Source: Octopus sinensis
Lineage: Eukaryota
DNA: 64,000 bases
Assembly (NCBI RefSeq): GCF_006345805.1
Contig: NC_043009.1
Span: 32,302,001 to 32,366,000 of the forward strand
Direction of reading: 5' to 3'
Each line of letters starts with the position of its first letter. Position 1 is the stretch's first letter. The position numbers were made by a program, and so were the translations under genes. The notes below the pieces were generated by a model. It saw only the letters and a list, made by a program, of their open reading frames with translations. It ran no database searches and was not told the DNA's origin. This document shows, one piece after another, positions 23,513 to 38,959 of this stretch.

Positions 23513-25552
23513 ATACATCTATAGGAAGCTGAATGTGATTGATATTCAGTTTGAATGTCTGCAGGTAGCTGCCTGAGGGGTAAATTTCAACACCAGCTGG
23601 AATTCCAGAAAGATATTTAGGTACATACAGTTAAACAATTGGTATTAAATCGTTCTGAAAGTGATAAGATACAGCAGCGAGGAAGAAGATTCTGTAGGTT
23701 AGCCAATGTAGAAACACTATTCAACACAGTGTCTTTAAAAAAGCAGAAGCTATTTTAGCATTGACCGATAAAGATTAAAAATGTCGAGTATTTGGTAATA
23801 AATACCTCCTATCATGTGGATTACCATTTTGTGTAAGTCTGCTAAACAGTCGATATAAGGGCAGAATTCTAATATGAGTTGCACGTAGGGCATGCAGATG
23901 AATCATAAGTAATCAGGTAGACGTATTCTTTAAGCTTGCATGCATACATTTTGTTTAATGGATAGCTAAATTCACAGCAAAGGTTTTTTCCTTAATTATC
24001 ACTTACTGTTTGATCTCTATATTTAAAATGTTCCAATCAAATTGAATATTTTTCTTTCCACGAAACAGCACACCCAGCACATCTCTCCACAATACCGAAC
24101 CCTTCATTTTATAAGTTTAATAGTTTCTGTACATCCAGCTTTGAATCATATCCGTTGTTTTTTTTTTGTCTTTTTTTTTTTTTTGGTTTTATTTTTTTAA
24201 AATGGTAAACAGTTATAGAATACGTGTTTAAATCAGCCCTGCATCATAACTGTGAAACGCTTTAAGCCGCACTGCTTGAATCAACGTGGTTGGGGTAACC
24301 TTTCTCTATTTACGGCAGAGCTGATGCTGCCTGTCTGCTCTAAAGAACAGTGATATTTCTTTCTTCATGAATATTCTGAGACTAGCATGGCTTGGGTTCT
24401 TGTAAGTGCTATATTGAGAGCGCAGGAATAGTTGACTGTTATAGAACGCCTGTTAAGGATGATATTAAGACTGTGATAATGCAGGAAATATTTGTCTAGG
24501 ATGGCCAACATTATCCTTTCTACATTAGATTTAATGTTACATGATGAAATGTATGAGAACCAAATAATCTTTGGGAACATTTTTAATTCTTTTGATTTAG
24601 AATAGGAAATCCCCTCCTTCATTAGATTTTTTTTTCTTAGTGAAAAAGTGGAAGGGTAACTTATTAAAGATGCTTTATACGTTGATGTCATCTTATTAGA
24701 TAACATGATATATGTCTGCATTTAGTTTACTCATGTGAACATGTTCTCTGTGATCCTGCCGATGAACGATGTTTAGCAACGTTTTTCACTGATACATGTC
24801 AAGAAACTTCTGTATGGGTTTGCAAAGGAATCCTGTTATCATTATTCGAATATTTCTTCTAAGGCACCCATATTATCGGCTATTTCTAAGGCCAAACCTC
24901 AAGAGTTATTATACGTCCTGTATTGCGTTATAGACAAAGTTCAACACATCCATCAATCGAACCCTCCAAGGACAGATAGACTTCAATGGGATTTGAACTA
25001 GGAGCATAAAGAACCATAAAGAATACCAGAAAACACATAGTTCACAGCTTTAAGATTTCTACAAATTCGATGCCATGGAAGATTTATATCGGGAAAATAT
25101 GGTTATATTTCTCGCAGGTAAGCGATGATACACAAAAACCACAGATTCACATATATTGCGCATCACCTTTCTTACAATATTTGTTCTTTTTCAGTTGAAC
25201 AGAATAGAAAATGATTCTTAGATAACGAAAGAAACGGTAAATGTAAACTGACAAATAATTGGCAGTTAGAACTGTCCCTGAGTGATAATGTTCTGTATAT
25301 TTCAACAACTTGATTTCTTTTTTATTCTTCATCAAAACAAAAACATACTAACGTACAGAGAGAGGGAGTGGAGAGAGATAGGGAGAGAGAAAGATAAAGA
25401 GAGAATGAGCGAGGGAGAGGAATCTTTGATTGAGAGGAAGAAAACTGAATATACTTGGAGAAACAAGAAATGAGAAAAAGCGATAAATAAGAAAACGATG
25501 CATTTTAACAAAATAAAGATGAAATTCTCTTGATATAATTGCATCGATACAG

Positions 25553-25599
25553 TATATATATATACATACATACATACATACATATATATATATATATAC

Positions 25600-25632
<33 letters not shown>

Positions 25633-25634
25633 AC

Positions 25635-25682
<48 letters not shown>

Positions 25683-25755
25683 AGAATATATATATATAAT
25701 ATATATATATATATATAATATATATATTATATATAATATATATATATATATATGT
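25553..25755. repeat. (TA)n/(CA)n/(TACA)n tract
   Basis: Directly visible. Confidence 0.9.
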
Positions 25756-25821
25756 TTGCGTATGTGAGAATACACATGCATTTATATTCATATGTAATTA
25801 TACTGAAATTATCTACTTGTG

Positions 25822-25873
<52 letters not shown>

Positions 25874-26900
25874 TATGTGTACATGTGTATATGCGTGTGT
25901 GCGTGAAGTAAAATATATTTGCACGCTTACGCATACACATACAGACACATATTTGTGCGTGTATGGGTTTTATATAAACCATACTTAAAATAAAACAGGT
26001 GAAACATCTCATAACGCATCGACTGTTGCATACATAAATGTGTCTGTATGTCTGTGTGTGTGTTTGTGTGTGTGAGCGTGTCTGTTTGGGTGCGTATGTA
26101 TGTGAGTGTGTTTGTGTATATCCTGTGAGAGTCAGACAGACAGACAGAGAAACAGAGATCGGCATATATACAATCTATGTGCATTTTCCTCTGTTTATGC
26201 ATGCATAATTTACATTGCCCACATATACCTCCATATATGCCACATATATATATACATATATATAATACACATACACATACACTCACACACACACACACAC
26301 ACACACGCACACATATATATATTGGGTCATGCGCATCGGCATTCAATTTGAAGGCTAACTACCTTCCTATTCTTTTGCTTTGTTCAATTTTAGACAACTT
26401 TATTTCAATCTCTAAAGAATTTTAGTTTTTGATTTTTACCTTGCTTCCTTTCAGCTCCCACTAACCCCCCCCACCACCGCCACCACCACCATCACACTTT
26501 TTATGTCTGTTTGTTATTTTTCGTGGAATACTTTTCACGTTTAAGTGATCGATTGTTATGGTAGTCTGAAGGAAAATTAGGATTCTATCTTCAATTGAAA
26601 CATACGTATGTGTGCATATATATTCACGCTTACACCTTATCTGTCTACTATACATACATAGATACATACATACATACATAAGCAGATACGCTCGCATACA
26701 CAAATATATTTACATACATGGTTGTAAGGTACATTTAATTGTTCTTTTTCTTTCCAATTTTAGACATAGAGGAGCTGTAACTGAAGCACAGTCACTAGAA
26801 AGAGAAGTCTTTTTAACCGAAGTCCTCTCTAATTAGCCAGTCATTCTTATTTCTCCACCCATGAACAAAAGAATATAATATCAAAGAAGAAAGATGCACA

Positions 26901-27186
<286 letters not shown>

Positions 27187-27462
27187 TTTAAACCGTATAT
27201 GCAAATCACATCTGCAATTTCAGATATTTGAAATGTTTAAATTGATGCACTGTTTGATTGGGTGTAGTTGAGAATGAAATAAGTGCAGTTATAGGAAGGG
27301 CAACAGTCCATTATTAAAATATCTCGAGGACTGCAAATGTTCCTGATTAATAAGCAGAGAGGATGAACATCTAAGAAAATTGTGAAATGAGAAAATAATT
27401 GAGGTGTTGGAAAGGTGAAATATTTGTAGAATTAAGAATTACAATTCGATACTACCTCTCAA

Positions 27463-27671
27463 ATTATTCTTTTATTCTTTTACTTGTTTCAGTCATTTGA
27501 TTGCAGCCATGCTGAAACACCACTTTTAGTCAAGCAAATCGACCCCAGGACTTACTCTTTGTAAGCCTAATATTTATTCTATCAGTCTCTTTTGCCGAAC
27601 CGCTAAGTTACGGTGACGTAAACGCATCAACAACAGCTATCAAGCGATGATGGAGGGTCAAACACAGACAC

Positions 27672-27676
<5 letters not shown>
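27463..27676 (-). mobile_element. SINE family A, 3' half
   Basis: Close match to 12003-12225 (TTTTACTTGTTTCAGT...GCAAATCGACCCC...CCGCTAAGT). Confidence 0.85.
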
Positions 27677-27702
<26 letters not shown>

Positions 27703-27814
27703 CAAGACATTTATATATATATATACAAGACATATATATAAATACATATATATATATATATATAAAACTAATCCATTGTACTAAAAACTAATCCATTCTT
27801 GTTGCTTCTTTCTC

Positions 27815-27857
<43 letters not shown>

Positions 27858-27959
27858 TAACTGAACAATTTGAAAACTAAATGCTAATGATTTACAAAAT
27901 ATGTATGTAATAATGGTATTTAGAAGAACTGAAACTGCAGTCAAAAGAAATTAGGGAAA

Positions 27960-28115
27960 CGAAATCGACTCCAACACATGCTTGGTGTTTATTTAATTGA
28001 TTCAGGGATGATGAAACGTAAAGATAAACTAGGCGTGAATCGGATTTTAGTACTTAAAGAGCTGGAACTAAACCCCACACAGCATCTTGTCTGACTTTCA
28101 AAACACTCTGTCAAA
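27960..28115 (-). mobile_element. Highly degenerate SINE family B-like copy
   Basis: ATCGACTCCA...TTGGT...GGATGATGAAA pattern resembles 48300-48400. Confidence 0.4.
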
Positions 28116-30799
28116 CCACAACCCTAAAAACTATTACGATAATGAAATAACTTGGTGCATGTTAATGAAAGTAACTTCCACAAATTTCTGTAAAATAACT
28201 GGAAACGACATTCGCTAAGTTACCGCAACCGCGGTTCGATTTACAACACTATTGCATGGACCTCGAGTAGCAGCATTAGTCTCGGTAGGACCTCAACTGA
28301 ATGGTGTGTGTCTATTCAATTACTGTCAATGTGGTCGTGTATTCTTTCTCCTCTATTAGGATGTGGACAAGACAAGATGTTATGAAACAGATATAAGGAA
28401 TAACTCCAAATATGTTGATATAATATAAAGAGAGGAAAGAATATGAAGGAAATCAGGTAAATTTTATTTTAAAGAAATATAGAAATAAACTAATATAAGG
28501 AGGTTTACGAAAATAGATTGATAGATAAATTTATATCATTGTCTCCTTTTAATCTTTGATCTTACTACCGAAGTATCTTATCAATCAAGATCTGAATATG
28601 AAGTTGTCAATAGTTTCTTTCCAGGTTATTCCACTCAAGAGATTGTTCTAAAGAGGGTACGTGATAATTTGGTTGATAATTTCATCCTTGACCTCAAATA
28701 TTATTGCAACAAGTTCACGTGGTTAGAAGAGATTGCCGAAAGCAAGACAATAGTGGAAAATATGAATTGGTTAAATTGGCAACTTCCATAGAGAATGAAA
28801 TATCATTGAATTCAATGGTCGTATCTTTGATCTTTGCTTTCAGCTGCCCTAGCAAATATTTGCTTCTTATGGTTTCAGGAAACTTTGTGGTCATGGTGGG
28901 AAATGGCTGCATTAACCTTAGATGATCACTGACCGAACACAAATTGATTCAAAATTGATAGTACTAAAATGCCGATGAAAGTATTGTAGAATATTTTATT
29001 TGTGTATTTCTTCGTAGAGAATGGGTGCATTGCAATTATAAAGACATTTATTTCCTCTGTACATCATTCGTTGTAATTTTATCAGTACAGCATTCTACTC
29101 CTTCGACGTATGAAAATTGTGTTTTCTGTGTTAAATTTAATATTTTGAGACATATTTCAAACCTGCATTCTTTGTCGTTTGTCTCTGTGCTCTATTTATT
29201 TTTACCTTCGCTCTGCCATATTCAGAGATTAATGAATTTGCTACGACTGCTAACAACACGTTATATTTATTACCTGTTAATAAGGAGGTTTCTTGAAATC
29301 TAAAATAGATGTCCTTCTTTACAATACTAAATTTATATTTCTGTTTAGAGTAACGCATTGAATAACTTTGAATATAATAGTTTATAGCCGAGATAAAGGT
29401 GCAACTCACCGGCACATACTTACACATTCCTATACAAAATTGTATTAACGTGAATTCGTGACTGTACACAGATAGCTGTTTCCTCTTCAAAATAAAATTA
29501 TTAAACAGAACTATGTCCGAAGTTGTCACCCCTACCTACCAATATTAGACTGCACTTATTAATAGTCATTAAGTCAATACTTTGTTCTCCATACCGTATA
29601 GTGTGATTCCCTCCCGACCCATTATTTTATATGCGATGGCACACATTTTAACATCGTTTAATGTGCAGATGTCCACTCGAGATAAAATTTCCCATTCATT
29701 ACGTTAACCATAGCTACTTACCCATGCGTATCATTTCCCCACAACATATTTATCTTGTCATAAATGATGTGATAGAGTCTATGCTTTGCTTAGGAGGGCT
29801 AATAATAGTGGAATATTTTGTTTACGCTTATAAGCAAATTACAGAATAAATACTAGTTGTTAGACTAATGTTTCTCTCAACGCATGAATGATTTTAAGTA
29901 ATTAGATTCTTTCTTTTCTGCAGTTTTCCCGATGACCTTAACTTGAGTCTATTTTCAAAGATTGAGTAAGATCAGGTGCAAAATCAATCCACCTAGGATC
30001 AGATAAATCAAAGATATTTTCAGAAAATTCTAATAGCAGATGTTATGCCAAGTCACACAGTTATTATTAGAAAGTAAAAGAAATAATGAATAATAAATAA
30101 ATAACAAATATAAAAAGAAGAAAATGGATTTAGCAAGAATGGTGGAAGATGGCAAACAAGGTGATCAACATAATGACAACCTTGCAAAAGCGTACGAATT
30201 GGCTGAAGTGTCGTAAGCCCTGAAAATGAAGTAAACACGTGGTTTTTATAAGAAAAGCATGTGAATTCCAGAACTGAAATCTTGATAGATTTAATTTAAT
30301 TTATTTCTGTATATTTCATTTCGCATTACAGCATGACTAAATTATTGTAAAAAAATTGAAACCGGTGGCACGTGTTGGTAAGTATATTGTTTTTCATTTG
30401 TAAATAATAAAGATTACAAGGCAATTTTTTTCTTGTATTCTTATACAGACACACATATTTACACGTATCGGTGTATCCAGACACATATATTAACATACAA
30501 ATTTAGACATATGAATACACATATTAATTTATATCATTGTGAACTAACAATGTATATGGATGTGAGTGCATGTTTACTGCTCGTTGAACTCTCATGGCAA
30601 TAATACTTGCCTATGAACATATTAGTTATGTTAATTTTTATAGATCTTGAAAAGTAAAATAATTTAGTAAACACAGAAGCTGATGGCTGAATACATTATT
30701 GTTAATAGAATCATCAGGCGTTGATACATATATATGTGTGTGTATGTGTGTGTACGTGTGTAAGTGTTTATGTATGTGTGTGTGTAAGATTAGACACCA

Positions 30800-30918
30800 A
30801 ACAGTTTGGTGCTCGTCTGCGTAGTAAAATGATAAAAAGAGACCATTGAACTCGGTGAGGAGTGGAAAATTCAACGTTTCGGACAGCGTGCTTTTTCTCA
30901 GAGAAGTTGAAAAGAGAG

Positions 30919-30949
<31 letters not shown>

Positions 30950-31540
30950 TAGAGTCTTATATACTTTCCATTAAAAAACAAAGTGGTTGCAACTGATAAG
31001 AACGCAGAATCACGTGAGCATCAGACGTGGAGAAGTGATTGGAGAAAAAGCGTGAGAAAAGGACGGGAAGAGTAATGGAATGAGGAGAAGCAGGCAAAGT
31101 CGAGGGTGAGATGAAGGGAAAAGATTAGCTGAGAGGTGAGTAAAAGCACAGGAAAGAGTCTAAAGAAGTATGAGGAGGCGCAGAGGTGGAAGGAAAATGT
31201 TCATTTAAACCTGTCGGCTAAATGGCGCCGAGTTCGAATATAAGATATTGCTCCTTTCGTTTCTTCGCGGAAGTGGTTCAATGAAGCGCTGCATACGGAT
31301 AAATCTTTAATGGAATGGTCTGTAGTTGTAAAATTGTTTGCGACAGTTTGGCCGGACGTACGTGTTAATATACGTCGAATATGATCACGAAAGCGATCAG
31401 CTAGGCGTTGGTCTGTTTCTTCAATGTAAAGAACGCCACAAAGCTTGCATATAATGCAATATATAAGGTTACACGAGTTGGAACATGAATTTTGAGTAAT
31501 ATCATATTGTTTCTTGGGCTCTATGGTGGTGGATATATAG
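30800..31540 (-). mobile_element. Penelope-like element 3' fragment: GIY-YIG remnant plus downstream region
   Basis: Minus translation 31539-31190 gives NLIYCIICKLCGVLYIEETDQRLADRFRDHIRR...(frameshift)RKEQYLIFELGAI*PTGLNEHF. Followed by a pyrimidine-rich tail and a hammerhead-like remnant at ~30866-30912. Confidence 0.8.
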
Positions 31541-33292
31541 TTAACGGTATGTTAACTTAAAGTTGATTTATATAATTTATATTGGTATAATTGAACAAAT
31601 TATTGTGTTTAATTACAAGATTACTAAATAAGTTAATAACCATAAATTTTCCGTTTAATTTCGCTTAACTAACAGCCACTTTTCTTTACTCAAACTTAAA
31701 TGAGTAGCAGACAAATTAGCAGTCCGTAAGCCAGAAAGGAAAAATAGATGCGCAACAGAAGGAAAAATAATGAATCACTAGAACAATATGGTTATGATTC
31801 GGATGGAAAGTTTCTTCACTCGTTCTATTTTCTCTCTCCTACACCGCCCATGTGTTTACAATTTAAGCATTTGCATTGTAAGATATTTAGTGAGATAATC
31901 AATATTTTAGGTGAAAGACCCAAAACGCATATACTTTGCATATTATTTGCTTCATCATCATTAATAATTTGTGTCCTTAAACAGAAACTCTTAAATATTC
32001 TGAATACATGTGCAAGATTATTATTTTTCGGTATATCACAACATTGTTTTATAAATACTTCTGATATGTCATTGGAAGAAAACTTATTTATTTCAAAACA
32101 CAAAATACTAGTTTGTATGGTCTTGTTATTTTTTTATAGCTAAAAGCTATTAGAGTAGGAGATTTATTTCTTGCAGTTGTACACTCCATTTATTATATAT
32201 TTATGCCTGTGGCTTTCTTAAAATTATTTGTTTTCTTAGAAAGTAAATATATATATATATATATAGATAGATAGATATATAGATATATACACACACACAT
32301 ACACGTACATGTATACATAGATATATGCACATATACCTATGTAAACACGCAGGTACACACGCATATATACGTGCACACACAGATGCATCTTTCTATATTA
32401 TTTTTTTTGTTCATAGGCTGCTAAAGAAATCAGTTAACAGAGAAACAAAGGAGAATGTTTGATTTGCAAAATCTTTGGAATACTATGATATATATGCATA
32501 CATACATATACTATACTATAATGTATATGTGTTATATATATACATATATATATATAATATATATATTTATAATGCATATACTATACAATAATATAGTGAG
32601 TGCATATGTAAACATATATTCATATGTATGTATGTACGTACTACTGTGTGTGTGTGTGTGTGTGTGTAAAGATGCTATTTACTTCAAGTTTGTTAAGCTT
32701 CATCCATAATAGGCTAAGAGAATCAGACAAAACTAGAAATATAATTGGCTTATATTTGCTGTGACTGTTGCTACGTTGGTGAAGAAACCGATTTCAGTTT
32801 TCTGTTCATTAAAGATTTAATTAAAAAATTGAGATGATAATATATATGTCCTTTAGTTTTAAATGAAAAGCTGCAACTATTTTAAACTTCGACGTCATTT
32901 GTTCTAACTGTTATACGGTAGGATGGTAACCAAGTTTAATCTTATCCCGTGCGCAGCCCTGTAGTATATTGCATATTTTGTTTGTAACAATGTACACGAA
33001 TTTTCACTTGGACAACATGACAATGTTTCAACGAAGAGACGACTCATAATTTATATCCTGTCACGTATGTTATGTTTTTGAAGTAGGTTCCAACAGTCAC
33101 ACACGTAATCACTAGTAAAGCGATTTAGCATCACGTGCTAGTTTTGCGTAGTACAGATCTTTAAGTATAGACTGTAAAGGAATTCGGTTACTGAGCTCAT
33201 CATTTAATTAGATACACTCACAGTATAAAGTAAACTTCTAAATATTTACCGTTTGACTAAATGAATAGTAGTTCTACATATTCATTATATGT

Positions 33293-33386
33293 AATTATTA
33301 TTATTATCATTATTGCTATAATAATAATGATAATAACAATAATAAAAAAATAATAATAACAATAATAAAAATAATAATAATAATAA

Positions 33387-33432
<46 letters not shown>

Positions 33433-33449
33433 CATCATCATCATCATCA

Positions 33450-33483
<34 letters not shown>
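33293..33483. repeat. (ATT)n-(AAT)n-(ATT)n trinucleotide tract with strand inversion
   Basis: AAT run 33318-33386 abuts ATT run 33387-33483. Confidence 0.9.
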
Positions 33484-33484
<1 letters not shown>

Positions 33485-34759
33485 TTCGTTGATCTTTTTA
33501 TTAACTGTAATCAGTTATCATTACATATCATCGTAATCATCATCATCTTCATTATTATTATTGTTTCGCACGAGAAATAAATGGACACAGACTATGTCGA
33601 TTTAACCAAGATCTGAGAATGCCATAACACAATTTCGAATAATTTATCATTTTACGTCGAGAATAATTATATCATACAATTAAACGAGCTTTTACTAGAC
33701 ATTCGCTAAAATTGGAATAATAAAAGAACCACCTTTTGTAACATATTTCATAGAAATTATTTAATTAGTGAAGATAGTTAAAGAGTTGGAGGAAACTGTT
33801 GTCTGGAATGGCCTCATTTTTCAGTAGTATAAAAATAAATATTCGTAAAAAAATCTATTGACATCATATTTCTGATTGAAATAGCTTGTGCTGAAATCTG
33901 CGAATACAACAAAATTTCTCAAAAATCAATCAAAAATTCAATTTTGCTTCCCAAGCATTTGGTGATTAAAAATTTGTGATCAAAGACTATTGAGAATGTT
34001 GTTGATTGATGTATTTATCCATTTATCAACGACGAGGAATTGTTCAATTCTAATAAGATATAATTCTATCCAACTTCATTATGGCTCCCAGTGTATTCGT
34101 GTCCATACTTACGACAGAATGTATGTTAATTTCATTATCCCACCCCTAACTTTCCAATCTAGATTACAGCCAAAACTTCCAAAGCTTTAGCAACATGGGC
34201 CTATTCTTACTTTATTCATAAAGAAGATCTCAGGTGATAAATGTAATGTAATTTTCAGACTGAAATTATATGATATTATCCTTAATAAAACACGTTTATG
34301 TATTTGCATTTTTTTCTCTGTTGCAACTGGAAATGTATTGGTGTATTTGTGGTTATGTGTGGAGAACTAAAACACTGTAGCGACTTGTATATTATAATGT
34401 AGTTATGGGAAACCCAACAAAGGCGAAATGAAATGCAATGCACCACACTCAACAATTAGCCTCAAAAAGGCGGTACAGAGGATTGAAACAAGAATTTCAA
34501 CGGCAAACACGTATTCCTTTCCATATGAGAAACAATAGCATGATCGAAATGTAAAACTGAAATTTACTAATTATTAATCTATTTTTGTTCGTCCTTTTCA
34601 AATTCGTTCGTTGACACATCTTAGTACAGACATCGAATCGACAAGGAAACCTAAATCAATAACTGGAACATATATGTGGATGTGAGAGATTCGCCGAGTG
34701 TGTGTGTGCGCGTGTATATATACATATTATATATATATATATATATATATGTACATATT

Positions 34760-35243
<484 letters not shown>

Positions 35244-35244
<1 letters not shown>

Positions 35245-36934
35245 TCACCTCTATCTGATATGCTAAATAGAACTGGATGCGGATATAAATGTTACGGCAA
35301 AACGATCAGCCACCTTTTATATATGGATGACCTAAAACTATACGCTGCAAATGACAAACTGCTGGAAACACTATTAAAGACAGTTCATGGATTTACCAAA
35401 GAAATAGATATGAAATTTGGATTAGAAAAATGCGCCAAAGTAACCATGAAAAGATGAAAACTAGTTAAGAGTAACAACATCACACTAGATAAAACCAATG
35501 AAATAAAAGAATTAGACCAAAGCCAAACTTACAAATACTTAGGAATCCATGAACTAGATAAGACACAACACACACAAATGAAAGAGAAAATAAAAAAAGA
35601 ATATTATAGACGAGTTAGATCAATACTAAACACAGAGCTCAATGCTAAAAACAAGATAATAGGTATCAACACTTTAGCCGTCCCAGTTATAAGTTACAGC
35701 TACAATATCCCTAACTGGACACGAAATGAACTGACCAAAATAGATAGGAAAACAAGAAAAATAATGACAGGATCTAGGATGCATCACCCAAAATCTGACA
35801 TAGAAAGACTATATATACAACGTATAGAAGGTGGTAGAGGCCTTATACAGCTGGAAAACTACAATAAAATAACCGCCATAGGATTGCAAAAATATCTACT
35901 TCAGAAAAGCGGCAAAACACGAGCAAAACAAAAACTGTTCTCAGTATTTAAGGAAGCTGACAAATACAAACAAGAAATCATACCACCTAATAAACATGAA
36001 GAAGAAGAAGAAGATGAAGAAACAACAAAAGCTATAAAACTAAAATAGAACAGCAACGAACCATGATAAAACGATGGCAAGAAAAGCCCCTTCATGGTAA
36101 ATACTGCACTAAACTAAACGCAAAAGAAATAGACAAAGAAAAATCCCAGCAATGGTTGAGAAGCTCAGGACCCAAAGCAGAAACAGAGGGATTTTTAATT
36201 GCAGCACAAGACCAAAGCCTCCCCACCAGAAATTACCAAAAACATGTAATGAAAAGAAATATTACAAGTAACTGCAGAATATGTGGAGATGGACAAAAAC
36301 AATAAATCATATTATCTCTAGCTGCCCAGTCCTGGCTAAGAAGGAATATATTCACAGACATGACAGAGTTGGAACCTACATACATTGGAAGCTATGCCAA
36401 CATTATGGAATAACAACAGAAAAAAGATGGTATAGGCACACACCAGAAAAGGTCACAGAAAACGAGAAAGCAACCATACTCTGGGATATGCCGATACACA
36501 CAGACAGAGAAATTAAGGCCAACAGACCAGATATAGTTATCAGAGACCATGAAGGAAAAAAATGCTTTCTAATTGATGTATCAATACCGGCTGATGACAA
36601 CGTGTCTCTAAAAGAAATGGAGAAACTCTCAAAATACAAAGACCTGGAAATAGAGGTAACTAGAATGTGGAAGCTGAAAACAGAAACAATTCCTATCATA
36701 GTAGGTGCATTAGGCATGATAAAAAATATTCAGACAAATACATAACAAAAACACCAGGACTTACAAACACATATAACATACAGAAAAGTGCACTACTAGG
36801 CACTGCACACATCCTACGCAGAACACTTTCCATACAATAACCATCAGAGCATCAAAACAAATCACAGCACATACCCAAGGCACACAGAGCTGCGCTCGGT
36901 AGTGAAGTGAAAGCACGCTATAAAAATAAAACTA

Positions 36935-36937
<3 letters not shown>
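35244..36937 (+). mobile_element. 5'-truncated R4/Dong-like RLE LINE (RT C-terminal part, CCHC finger, restriction-like endonuclease), decayed
   Basis: SHLLYMDDLKLY, KFGLEKCA, YKYLGI, GGRGL, CRICGDG..TINHIISSC, RPDIV...LIDVSIP...EKLSKYKDL and IVGALG motifs, with stops and frameshifts. (AAT)n on both sides. Confidence 0.95.
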
Positions 36938-37026
<89 letters not shown>

Positions 37027-37027
<1 letters not shown>

Positions 37028-37712
37028 TCACCCAAAATCTGACATAGAAAGACTATATATACAACGTATAGAAGGTGGTAGAGGCCTTATACAGCTGGAA
37101 AACTACTATAAAATAACCACCATAGGACTGCAAAAATACCTACTTCAGAAGGAAGGAAAACTGATCCAGATAGCAGCAAAACACGAGCAAAACAAAAAAC
37201 TGTTCTCAGTATTTAAGGAAGCTGACAAATACAAACAAGAAATCATACCACCTAATAAACACAAAGAAGAAGAAGAAGATGATGAAGAAACAACAAAAGC
37301 TATAAAACAAATGAAATCCAAACTAAAAATAGAACAGCAACGAGCCATGATAAAACGATGGCAAGAAAAGCCCCTTCATGGTAAATACTGCACTAAACTA
37401 AACGCAAAAGAAATAGACAAAAGAAAAATCCCAGCAATGGTTGAGAAGCTCAGGACTCAAAGCAGAAACAGAGGGATTTTTAATTGCAGCACAAGACCAA
37501 AGCCTCAAACAAATACATAACAAAAACACCTGGACTTACAAACACATATAACATACAGAAAATTGCACTACTAGGCACTGCACACATCCTACGCAGAACA
37601 CTTTCCATACAATAACCATCAGAGCATCACAACAAATCACAGCACATACCCAAGGCACACAGAGCTGCGCTCGGTAGTGAAGTGAAAGCACGCTATAAAA
37701 ATAAAACTACTG
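37027..37712 (+). mobile_element. Second copy of the same R4/Dong-like family, 5'-truncated with ~510-bp internal deletion
   Basis: Near-identical to 35786-36220 and 36731-36937. Junction CAAAGCCT|CAAACAAATAC at ~37505. (AAT)n on both sides. Confidence 0.95.
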
Positions 37713-37718
37713 AATAAT

Positions 37719-37756
<38 letters not shown>

Positions 37757-38908
37757 TAATAATAATAATAATCCTCATCATCATCATTGGATGGAATTTA
37801 TAAACATTTATTGCTTCGCTACGCGCAACTCCACATATCACATGACTCTTAAGACCACAGTTGCAATATTCAATGGAGCAACTTCGGTCAGTTATATCGT
37901 TGACTTTCAATAGAGTACTTGTTATGATTTGCAATCAGAAAATAGCTCAAACAATGTGTTATATAATAAAACAAGAGAAAAAATCAAGTCTACTATTGAA
38001 TTAATGAATGTACACTATTTCCCTAGAAGATTACATTTATCGTCATACACTCGCAGTCTCGGTAAATTCACTCTAGCCAGTCCGTTATCTCTGTATATAT
38101 CTCGCTTCTTTCGAATGCTCGATAATAAAATTGCATTTATCATATTCTATCTCATAAATATACAGAGTAACACTGCAGAAATGAAACTCACTGCACGCTC
38201 CACCAGAATAACACTGTTAATGTATAAAACAAAATATATACAGGAATACTTTATTACACGAGGAATGACACCGTGCATAGTCATAAAAACTTAGATCAAG
38301 ATGGCTGAATCATATAAATTAGTTTTTTAACCGCAGTATGCACATGAACACAATTGGTGGTATTTTGCTTCGAAAGGCATTTGTTACAACAATATTATCC
38401 ATATTTAATGGTATGAATTACGTAACTGCTGTGCTTACTGAAAACCCTTTATAGAATCATGAACTCGCAAAAGAGTTAGCAATTATCATCCCAGTTAGCA
38501 AAATATCACTTTCCTGTAATATATTTGCATGATTGTAATTGCTTCTCACTGCAGTGAAATCCCCTTCTCTTTCTCGCTCTCTCTTCCCAATTCATACTTG
38601 TTCTCCTGATACAAGAAGCCATCTTCTTAAACATGACTACCTGAAATGTATGTAACCTTTAAATGATTGAATGCCCAGACAAATTAGACAATCATTTTTA
38701 AATTCAAATTCCTTGATCTTCTATTAACCTCTCCACATGTCTCATTTCTGTTCTCAATGTAATTTATTCGCATCCCCTTTAATCTCACGTTTGGAGCTAT
38801 ATCAATGATAACTCTATTGTAGAACAGAAAATGCACTCTGCATGTGTGCAAACATACATGCATACATACATACATATGGAGATTACTTTCTCTGTTCTGC
38901 AACAGATT

Positions 38909-38959
<51 letters not shown>

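Noticed and set aside
28625-29965. Micro-exon candidates 28625-28656 and 29924-29965 with good splice signals
   Set aside because: The reading phases are incompatible with each other and the peptides are unrecognisable.
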